Positions 48,201 to 56,400 of a DNA stretch of 64,000 nt are shown one piece after another. Location of the stretch: positions 34,183 to 98,182 of IMG/VR virus record IMGVR_UViG_3300010388_000228. One strand, 5' to 3'. The notes beneath the pieces are model-generated. The model saw only the letters and a program-made list of their open reading frames with translations, made no database searches and was not told the DNA's origin. The translations under genes and the position numbers were made by a program. Position 1 is the stretch's first letter; each line of letters begins with the position of its first letter. The DNA comes from a virus.

Positions 48201-50364
48201 CAATAAACTGGGTGATTTGATATAGTGTATTAGTGGTAATAAAGCTAGTAACTGTAGCAAAAAATGCTTGTGTTGAAACAGTAGTTTTATAATTACCGCC
48301 ATGTGTTAAATCAAATATAATTGATTCAATAATAGTTCCAGCATCTCTCTCTGCTTTATTAGGAGCATAAACAAATGTAGCAGACATTGCAGTACTGCTT
48401 GAAGATAACGTAAATACAACTCCGTTGTGGGTTGCACTAATTGTAAATGTATTTGAATTTACAATTGTTTTTACATAATAAGTTACACCAGGTACAACGC
48501 CGCCGGTTGTTCCTGTAAATTTAATTGGCATTCCTACATTCATTGATGCAGTTGAGGTAGTAGTAAATACATTACCGGTAGACGATGCCGACGAAATTGC
48601 GTAAGTGTAAGTATTAATAATAAAATTATCAACTTCTTTCATCATAAACGCTTTGTTTATTCTTAATAACGCACCGGCATTAGTGTTTAAATAGCCTTCT
48701 TCAACTTGTCGGCATGCAAATAAAACAGACGCCCATGGTTTATCAATTGTTAAACCTTGACTTAGCCCAATTGAATCAACTCCATGAGGAGCAACATATA
48801 CTACATTGTTAAGAATTCCGTAATATGACCACGAAGGTACTTCGTTTTTAACTTGTAATAATTGTCCTTCTGTTCCAATTGGCAGTCGTTGTGCACCGGT
48901 TGCACCGTAATACACAATATCACCTTGTGTAGTTAACACTGCACTATCAGCACCACTTGCTAACATATTCCAATATGTTGCAGAGGTGTCAGCAAACGGG
49001 TTATTAGTTGATGTTCCAATATGCGCACTGATACAAATATACGAACTTACACCGTAATAAACTACATCACCTTCTAAATAAGTTACACCATCAACCCATG
49101 TTACTGAGTTGCCAACAAATGTAAACGTTGATATTGCACCACTTGATACACCAGTTATTGTAATAGTAATATCATTTGCAGGACTAACGCCGCCGGCTAA
49201 TGTTCCTGAAATTTTAATAATGTCGTTAACTGCATAATTACTACCTGCAGATCCTGGATGAATTATCACAGTATACGCAGTGTTGTTTGTAGTAACATTA
49301 AACGTTGCACCGGATCCGGAACTAGCAACATTAGTCGAAGCAACATTTGTGTATGGAACATTGATAGTATTTTGTCTTATACCAGAATTTAATCTTGACC
49401 AATATAATGTGTTTGGCGGTGTATGTCCAACGCTATCACTTGTTGCAGTATAAGTAAACCCGCCTACTCTTACTACATTACCAATTCTGTAGTTAGTAGC
49501 ATCATCCCAGTCTCCGACAAAATTTAAACCAGTAGTAAACGTTTTCCAATATGCAGTTGCAGTACTTGGTGTTTGACCAGTATGATTTAAAATACAAGTG
49601 TATGAATACCCGCCGTAAGTTACAATATCGCCAATTTGATAAATTGTAGAATTACTCCACGAATCTTCAAATTCAAATCCATTAACAAAAATACTAAATT
49701 TTAATGTATCAATAGTTGTACCGGTAGACGTATGCTGTGTTGTACAAATCCATAAATCTGCACCAAATTTTACAACATCATTTAATTTATATCGTACACT
49801 GCTCCCGCTCCAACCGCCTAGAAATGTAATGCCTGAGTTAAATGTATCCCAATCACTAATATTTGATTCTAAACCTTGTGAAGTTAAACTAGCCGATACG
49901 TGTGCATGTTTACAAACATAACTAATGCCCCCGTAATATACTAAATCATTAACTTTATATCGTGTACTAACTGCCCATTGCCCAGACCATTCTAAATTTG
50001 ATGCAAACTCGTCCCAATCGGATTGATTAAGTTCCAATCCGTTATACGACGGTGACACAAATGTAGACGAAGTATGCGATGTTTTACAAACATATACCGT
50101 GCCGCCCCACTTAACCATATCACCTACATTATAATATGTAGATGCGGTCCAATCATTCCGCCATTTGGTTCCGTCTGCTATCAAATTCCATTTTGAAAGG
50201 GTAGCATTAAGATCTGTTACAAATGCCGCAGCCGATGTATGTTGTTTAATACAAATATACGTTTTGCCACTTACTGTTACTACATCATCGACAAGATATG
50301 CCGTATCTGTGGTCCAATTACCTTGGTACACAAACTTAATTCTACCTAGTTTAAATTCTGCCAT
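39298..50364 (-). CDS. Giant virion structural/fibre protein (3688 aa)
   Basis: N-terminal W...T.Y..GD.V...G..Y.C...H.S repeats (CBM5/12-like), beta-helix-like VYV..G.D/GTY.E and GDELR segments, W..vayGng.fva propeller-like repeats, and C-terminal HDFL.IGTG...GRVFFTSTDQDGNF. Confidence 0.8.
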   Translation of the reverse strand: MAEFKLGRIKFVYQGNWTTDTAYLVDDVVTVSGKTYICIKQHTSAAAFVTDLNATLSKWNLIADGTKWRNDWTASTYYNVGDMVKWGGTVYVCKTSHTSSTFVSPSYNGLELNQSDWDEFASNLEWSGQWAVSTRYKVNDLVYYGGISYVCKHAHVSASLTSQGLESNISDWDTFNSGITFLGGWSGSSVRYKLNDVVKFGADLWICTTQHTSTGTTIDTLKFSIFVNGFEFEDSWSNSTIYQIGDIVTYGGYSYTCILNHTGQTPSTATAYWKTFTTGLNFVGDWDDATNYRIGNVVRVGGFTYTATSDSVGHTPPNTLYWSRLNSGIRQNTINVPYTNVASTNVASSGSGATFNVTTNNTAYTVIIHPGSAGSNYAVNDIIKISGTLAGGVSPANDITITITGVSSGAISTFTFVGNSVTWVDGVTYLEGDVVYYGVSSYICISAHIGTSTNNPFADTSATYWNMLASGADSAVLTTQGDIVYYGATGAQRLPIGTEGQLLQVKNEVPSWSYYGILNNVVYVAPHGVDSIGLSQGLTIDKPWASVLFACRQVEEGYLNTNAGALLRINKAFMMKEVDNFIINTYTYAISSASSTGNVFTTTSTASMNVGMPIKFTGTTGGVVPGVTYYVKTIVNSNTFTISATHNGVVFTLSSSSTAMSATFVYAPNKAERDAGTIIESIIFDLTHGGNYKTTVSTQAFFATVTSFITTNTLYQITQFIASLNYLQDALLPAIIGNVAPATNYQLLNGVASAFRAKQQINNNYTSEANTLTIAQDLLGIVIGALSAGTYANIPQLDRPHTSIYVKTGTYNEFSPIVIPLDTSIQGDELRSTIIQAAPARPLLVNDRPKTISAIKRIQSIIPGIVANIPVSTSTGNTELQQYLGSPTYSTATQSIITNTATIQTVLTNGLASLPGAGTTTITLTAETVTAPNTGTYTLSTPTGYNSSALTHTAYACTGNTTGNSAGYGDGVAQIVQNRAFIQTEIGGFLTNLTTGGFSWSALNSTQKGQAMRDVGYALDAIIYDMTYGGNTQSLKNGDSYYTLGVLQVSGTNLTATIAVMTRLKDIIDNIIVANTAGWTKSSGYTASQVVLGTPGSAYAGVFAQDRIQDIIDWINNGTANTTIQPCSTWVKSDVRLAFTNIQTKKSELQTSIMNWIAYTYPTLNISPSLTYRDAGTIIDALSYDMLLDSTYYSMISARAYFRYNSSAQVLVSSLELPATKHAINYISYLIAAQASTDTTTQPSTGDLGSLLAVNEVVDNTSIIRNMLSNGLTQAPAFSMPVLPGYNTTWLAGYSDAITQIVNNYQFINDEIVSYLDVTLTNPTWSSYSTTFKAETSRDLSNILDALQYDLTYGVNDQTLIAARAYYSLNNPMITTNYLPGVLAALSRLSTIISQIIQKSAVSASAGNTTTQSVSGTAGSVQAAAFAQSRIDDIVYWINNGFQNETVAYATGTIAGTTLTVSAVASGTLAIGQAVTGATLTTTVTGTTATTNVVTLASTAGLNAGMAITFSTTYGYGTQAPFGGLTTTTYIINTIVGSTVSLYNFGTTTSPVLTTASGTMTATAGVLPGTYITAGSGTTWTISTSQTVTAATNMVATTIITPVISGAYALTSIERQTAFNAIQSRATEIQDDAQAWVVKFFHFESPDLPLTNRDAGYIVTALSYDILLGSNFYSIINGRAYNRLITSIINLKAKFADSVHGVIGFIGYKAKQIAASGSIAQVQTTLDDMIANIQGRPTISAVFNGSINGTLLTINSVVSGTISVGMQLSGTGIVSGTQIISGSGSSWLLNYSQQVSTLTTAANKVTTGTNYITLGSTAGVVPGLSITFTNDIGDVLAGTYYVVGIVNTTQITISQTFDGPVLPITATVFGSSTVTVYGLYGGLGVTTVITGTNELIPITAVTTSSNAITINTTTNVTVNMPIVFSNLPNNITTTATTTTSSTNNITLSATVSSLQIEVGMPVYFTGLTFGTVVPTQVYYVHTATGSTIKLSKTLGGSVVSITSGSGSMNVTFNAAGGLVNGNQYWVNSIIDSNNITVTSSFNSGVSFAITNTVSSLTAGATIGVETLHGLNTKAVNGTMTYNNTLATINGVENIRANIPFIATEAAAFVATVFGGTVTNTTIVTNLITTPFAHQLSVGDPVIFKGTTFGGITENVTYFVLTVPDASSFTISATQAGTGTQTPVVLTTATGTCTVNYSYLFDRAVRDATLYVNALIHDLTWTGNYKTMRYAQVYLSAQSGATSTDMFHVRNGTGMRNMTLNGLSGSLGLPNAYGTRRPTAGAYVSLDPGFGPNDQDTWANVRSCYVQNVTNFGSGCVGLKIDGAIHGGGNRSILANDFTQVLSDGIGVWCTGSNALTECVSVFSYYGYAGYLAELGGRMRATNGNSSYGVYGVIAEGIDSFEAPGYSTLNNQSNEAWVTNVVTDSYNQILRLEYANAGSAYTNALPLINGSGYNATAIGDELRDAAVFESRLVDLEDGLGVGGSSYITNSNTGQDGGIGQITIANTDTALSTAYTNMRIQLLGGTGVGQYANIFKYNNGTKVALIYKPSFIPLTITQSSTTVFTVSSTATLYATMPIYISTDVSGLLPTTLYYVSATNLTATQFSVSTTSGGNVTSLTAVSATPSVMAASSILGTTLTIGTVSSGTVTVGQLITGTGVANNTYITANVSGSGAGSTWTVTVSQAVSTTTLTGTISVPVYAAGWDHVVPGYPINNIPDLTSAYIIEPQITYTNPGFTATANVLSTTATWSAIGYGDGHFVALASGSTSTSACIDGKTWAPGGAMPSSTTWSNVVYGGGTGATASAVVGGLGGGGAVLTATIGTGTSAGQIVNITIVNGGYNYLTPPTIVFNAISGGVGAVATCTVLNGTITTVTLEIQGGGYYNGATISVYTSQLSSITALTWGSNYFAIPTVSIEPPVTATQWTSGGSAVIGTNYSYADVSGIVHYYLATTAGTFSIGGLTGPVFTSGTGTNGSVSLTYIATLAAVTANLTNNGVSGFTIVSPGDGYKFTPVIQVIDAQSAFVAISSSSTASAYNLPTTLSSTWSPTTTVLPTSDLKGLAYGNNIYVAVGGTTTTPSAASMTGNATTASWINRSGNITGAVTYAAVAYGNGRFVAIPASGNITTTTVNAVAWTAGGNLPISTTWASIAYGNGRFVALAANGTIAYSYNVGTSWFQSTTAGLPSTVTWTKVAYGQGLFFAIAAGTDACATSWDGINWAIHAMSVSSNWTAIAFGNPINETLGATPVWSAVSSTSGTTGASIKTGATPLGRVQIKDNAVSEIRMIEPGSGFPRGNVISTTVTTNVITCDTTNNLIANQPIIFNGVSTGGIITDKYYYVVSGSITSTEFSISLTAGGSAIALSTAAITGMTYFASPIVTVIDPNHVNTVPVAARIGNGALGNPSFGNRGTANTTATASISGDGYADLYQPGTYINVSSLYQMPTPGSNVVFSTITGNDRWYKLVSVSNILGIPGNYTATLQISPALSTLDAPKHGTLITTNLEYSQVRLTGHDFLYIGTGNQTSTNYPNVDPTKAIQASQELSTGGGRVFFTSTDQDGNFNVGNLFGVQQSTGTATLNADAFNLSGLQSLTLGSVVLGIGSATITQFSTDPYFTANSDNIVPTQKAIKAFITSQIGGGSSSLNVNTITAGQIYISGNTITNINGTAINVTSKMNFTGGIDGAPVALMFFNQR

Positions 50365-50385
50365 ATTTTTTAATTCCTCTGATAG

Positions 50386-50408
50386 TATTTATCTTTTCAA
50401 TATTTATC
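50386..50408 (-). promoter_or_regulatory. Tandem late promoters (GATAAATA x2)
   Basis: GATAAATA at 50401-50408 and 50386-50393 on the minus strand, ahead of the GAGG RBS of the 3688-aa gene. Confidence 0.65.
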
Positions 50409-53400
50409 AAATTCCATTTCCGCGATTCTTACCACCGCCGATAAAGAATTGTAATGCTGCAAAATCACCGTCAACTCCTGCGCCGGATATATAGGCATTA
50501 CTTATATTAATAACTGATCCTAATTGACCGTTTGGAACTGAAGAACGTATACGATCAGCACCACCTACCATAACTGTACCTGCAGTTAGTTGGCCAGTAA
50601 ACGTATTAGCACCACCTTGACTTAACCTACTTGTTAAGTACGATTTAATAGCACGTTGCGTTGAAATAACATAATCTGAACTAGCAGTAAACGTGGGATC
50701 GGTACTAAATTGTGTAATAATAACACTAGAACTACCTACTGCTATACCACCTAAACTTAATGCATCTAGTCCCTCTAAGCCAAACTGAGTAGCACTTAAT
50801 GTAATAGTACCAGTTGATTGTTGAACACCAAATAAGTTACCTACAGTAAAGTTACCATCTTGGTCAGTACTTGTAAAGAATACGCGTCCTTGATTTAACT
50901 CAACAGTAATATTTTGTATTTTCGTTGAATTTGCATCCACATACGGATAGTTAGTCTCCTCTCGATTTCCTGAACCAATTGATAAAAAGTCATGATTAGT
51001 TAATCGGCACTGACTATACAATTGTCGTATACTAACTAAGGTACCGTCTTCGGGACTGTTTGAAACAGTAATAGTTGGAGATATTTGAATATTTGCTTCA
51101 ATAAATGGCGCAGTTGATCCGTATACAATGTCTGCACTAGTAACTTTATACACCTGTGTATCATTTGCGATTGTTAAGTTACTACCAACTGCCGGAACAT
51201 TATTTAAATTATTTACGATTAATTTATACCCGCTTTGATACGAATCCGAATAGCCGTTACCAGTAATAGTAATAACTGTAGATGATGTATTATATCCAGT
51301 TCCTCTATTAATAATTGTCGGATTTGCTAGTGTACCGTTTCCTAATCTCGGTACTAAACTTACCGAAATTGCTAAATTATGATCAGTAACCTCAACTGTA
51401 GGAATAGTATCATAATTTGCACCTGGTTCCCACAAAACAAATGTAGTTACTACGCCAGACTCAATCTTTACACGACCTTGTGTTCTTGATCCAGATTTAA
51501 TAATGCTTCCGATATTTCCTGTTCCTAACGTCGGAAACACTCCTATATGATTAACATCAAATCCAAATCCAATTGCAGTGTATCCACTGTTAAAAATAGA
51601 TTTTGTATTCCAAAATAAACCACTATCGCTAATAAAGCACGCACCTGATATATCTGAAATTGTTACAAATGAGCCTTGTCCGTATGCAATATCCGTACCA
51701 CTAACATGTGTTGACGAGGCAAACCAATGAATACTATCAAAGCTGTATGATGCGTACACCGATGATTGATTTTGAATTGCCACAAATCGATTATTACCGT
51801 ATGTTATCGCAGAAAATGCACCGGATGTAAACGTATATGTTAAACCAGTAGGAGTACCACTAGTAGTACTAATTGCAGTACCGCCTTTTGACGCCGATAA
51901 TGTAAACTGGGTAGTGCCATTAGTTGCAATAATATAGTATGTAGTAGGATCATCATATCCGGCAATTGCACCTGTTCCTGCTTTTGTTCCAGATATAGTT
52001 ACTGTTTGATTTACTTCTAACAGCACACTAGTTGCTGTGCATGAAAATTGCCCTGCCGACCCTGTAATTTGAACCGATGATAACAAATTAGAATTTAATG
52101 TAGTTTGTGATGATTGCCAAGTTGTTCCGTCATAACTCCACGCAACATCACCGGATTGTGATACTGCCGCAAATACTCCAGATCCGTACGACAACCCAAT
52201 CCATGTAGATACGATAGTCGGCAATGTCGATGCAGTCCACGTTTTTCCATAGTTAGTTGAATATGCAGCATTTGTTCCGGAATTTACAATTGCAACAAAA
52301 ACACCATTTCCGTATGATACATAACTCCATGGCTGCGAACTTGGAAGATTAGATACTCGCCATCCTGCACCATTTGAACTTGAATACGCCATTGATGCAC
52401 TGTTAGTTGCAATTGCTACCCAATATTTGTTGCCGTAAGTTATGCTTGTCCAATTTAATGAAAGAGGTAATGTCATTGATGTCCAGTTAGTTCCGTCAAT
52501 CGAGTATGAACCTGTTTGACCACTACTAGGCATTGCTATAAATACGCTATTTCCGTATGCGATAGCTGTCCATTGCACACCTGCTGCTAATGATACTACT
52601 GATATAGCACTATCTTGTGTAAACGGGGGTTTTGAAAATGTAGTTCTAGGTTCAATTGTATATTTACTAGTGTTATCAAGCGTGTTAACTGGTAATAACC
52701 CTGGTGTAATATTATCCCATCCAACTGCACCAAGTTTCATGTTTCCAATTGCAGATGATAGTGTAATTGCACTACCTGTTGCAGTTGTACCTAGTGTAAT
52801 ATTATTACTGTCAATTGTTAGTACATAATAGTTAGTACTACCTGATACTCCACCAAATAATGACGAAGTAAATGTTGCATTCATTATTCCTATTCCATTA
52901 GATACTGTTGTTTTTTCTCCAGTACTAGATATTGTCATTAACCCAGTTCCGCCAATTAGTACTTTTGGAGAAGGGCATGTTTTTGCTAACATTTTTCCTT
53001 GAGCAGAGGTTAATAACATCACGGATCCGCCAGCAACGTGACTTATAGTAAACGTATATTCGTCATTTATAATTTGAATAAAATATGTAGTTTCAGCAAC
53101 AATACCGCCAAAGGTTAACCCAATAAACTTAACAGGTTGATTCTGTACAAACCCAACTGTAGATTCAACAGTTATTAAATTTGATGAAAATTGGGTCATT
53201 GTTGCTTGTACAGTTATAATACCGGCAGTAATATTAAATGTGCTGTTGTTTATAATTTTACTAATATAATATTTCGTGTCAATACTAATGTTTGGGTCAA
53301 AACTAGTGCCGCTAAAAACTATTGGATTTAACGGTATTAACTGATTAGTAGATCCAACTGTTATTGCAGAGGTGCTAGTTGCAGTTGCAGTATCAGATAC

Positions 53401-56400
53401 AGTAGTTGATGAAATTGTAAAATTATTCAAGTCAATAATATCGCTAACGTAGTATTCAGCACCTAATGTAATACCGCCTAACGATAGTCCAGTAAACGAT
53501 ATTGGTTCGTTAATTAACATATTACCAGTTGAACTAGCAGTTAAGTAGTTGTAATAATTTGGATAATTTAACTGCATGTTTCCAATTTCAGATGTAAGCT
53601 GCCAAGTATCGCCGCCTAACTCATTAGAAATTTGAATAGTAATATCGTCTATAATATTAATAATATAATATGTATAATTAGTAGTAATTGTACTAAAGGT
53701 AGCACCGGCAAATGAAATAGGCATATTAATATGTAACGAAGCCGTACTAGTCACAGTAAGCGTGTTCACTGTTCCGCCAGTTGCACTAGTGAATTGCATC
53801 GATGACGTAGACGTTTCTGATATAATGCTAGTATAATATGTTGGCATTATTTGTACCAATTGGCCAACATATAATTGGCTTAAATCATCAGTACCACTAA
53901 TTGTTAATAAATTAGTACCACTAGCTGTAGAAACGATAGTTAACAAATCAAATGATTCTCTTAATATTTGAACAGTTTTATCGATCGGATTAAATGATGA
54001 TATATACCCATATTGGCCGGCACCAGAACCAGTCTCTACCACTAATCGCATACCTACGTAGTTGTTTGTTCCGCTATCAGATTCTGCAATTTGTGCATAA
54101 TACTGATTTCCATATTGTAAATTATTTGATGCAGTTATGTATCCTTTACCACCAGTTACTCCATTTAAGTCAGTAACAATTCTACCTTGAAAAACCGATT
54201 TAGATCTAATTTCATTTCCTAAAAATACAGCGCCTGTGCCGGCACCAACTACTTGAAAGTTTGCGTATGCAGTGTATTTTTGCGTAATTGAATCAAGATA
54301 GAAATTTGGAGTAAACGTTGAATTTGAAATTTCAACCTGCGCACCATAAACTACAGAATACGTGTCAGCCACTGGTGCAGTTTTTCCAGTCGGATAAAAT
54401 CTAAATTGTAATGTATCATTAATACCTGCAGGATCGTTAACTGCAACCCAAATCCTATACCATTTAGGAATTAACGTTTTTTGTACACCGTAATTAGATG
54501 GTAAAAATCCTCCATTAGCTGCATAAGGTGTAGCTGTCTTTGATACAACATTATAGCTAATTCCACTTGTTCTTGTACTTGAACCTAGGAAGACACCTTC
54601 TAAATTAAAAGATGTTGATGATCCGCCATATACATACAAGCTCAATGTGTAATTTTGATCGCTGTTATCTGGCACTACTCCTACAGACGAGAATGTAGCA
54701 ATACTACCTACTACACCATCACCGCCATACGATAACGATACGCTACCGTTTGTACTCGATCCACTAGTAAACGTTGGACCAAACGTAGAGAATGTACCGT
54801 CACTTGTTGCTAGATAATATCTAGTAATACCAGATAAACTAGTATATGAGTAATAATTTCCGGTAGTTGCTACACCACCGCTTGACCATAATAGTGTTGT
54901 AATTGAGTTAATTGTAATAGATAAATCGTTAATTCCAGTAATCCCACCTAACTTAATACCTGTAATAAGAATTTGGTCACCAACTGCATAAACATTTCCA
55001 GGATTATTAATTACTAATTGGTATGCAGATGTTGATACAGTAACATCAAATGTACCGTTTACACCGAGCCCAATTAAGTTTGATCCGGCGATATTAGAAT
55101 ATAAGTTTCCTGCCGGATTAATATTTACATTTTGGTAAACATATGATGACCCTGGATTATTGCTAGTACCACGTACCCCCCACGCTTCAGTATACCCAGT
55201 AGGAGCAACGTTGTTTTTAGTAAATGTTACTAATCCGTCAGTAAGCCACGATGATAAAAAATTATTACTATGTTTTAATAAATTAGTAGTAGGAGTATAA
55301 TAGGCCGATCCGGCATTTCCAAATTCTAATTTTAAAAGTTGAGCAATCGATGTAAATGAACTTTTTACAGTAGCTTGAACTTGAGTAGATTTGTTAAACA
55401 CAGTACCAGTAATTGGCGTTTCATTTAAGTCATAGCCTTCACTAACAGCACCAAATACCCCATATGAACTATTGCCATTTGTAGATCGTATTCTTCCGCC
55501 TGCTTCTGAAAAATGCCCAATATATGAATAATACGAGAATACAGATACACATTCGGTAATAGCGCCTGAACCAGTGCACCATACCCCAACCCCGTCACTA
55601 ATTACTTGTGTGTAATCATTGTGCAACATAGATTTACTGCCGCCGTTATGTAAACTACCATCAATTTTAGTACCAGTACACCCTACACCAAAATTAGTAA
55701 TATTTTGCATATATGGCGATCTACGAATAATCCACACTGTACTGTCATCAGGACCGTTGCCGGGATCTAAACTTGTATATGAACCACCAGTAGGTCGTGC
55801 AAGTCCCCATTCATCAGGAACAGTTAACGTTCCTTTTAACCCAAACATTGTAAAATTACGCATTGTAGTGCCATTACGCATATAAAACATATCAGATAAA
55901 CAATCACCTGCATATATTAACATGTCGCCTACACCAGTAGTTAAGTTAACTATCTGGCCAACTGCAGTAAACGATGCTAAAATAGAACTAGCAGTTGCAG
56001 TATTTGAAATTGTAATAGTTGCAATGCTGTTAATTGATTGATCAAATGCTAACACGGTCGTACCGTCCGGAATCCCATTGCCGATAATAGTTGCACCTAC
56101 TGTTAAATTACTAATTTTTGACACGTTTGAAATAATATCACTATCAATAGTTGTAGATCCTACAAAGGTAATAGTTGGTGATGACTGTATTTGGAATGTA
56201 GTTGCAGTAATTGACGAGTTAACAACATAATAGTTTTTTCCTGAATCTACTCCGCCAAACGTTGAGGGTGCATTGTTTTTATACGGGGAAATAAACTGTA
56301 ATCTCATGTTATCAGTTAACCCAGTAGTGTCAGTAACAGTTACTGTGTTAGTAATTGCCGATGTTGATTTACAAAATAATTCAAGACTTATTGCAGGCTG

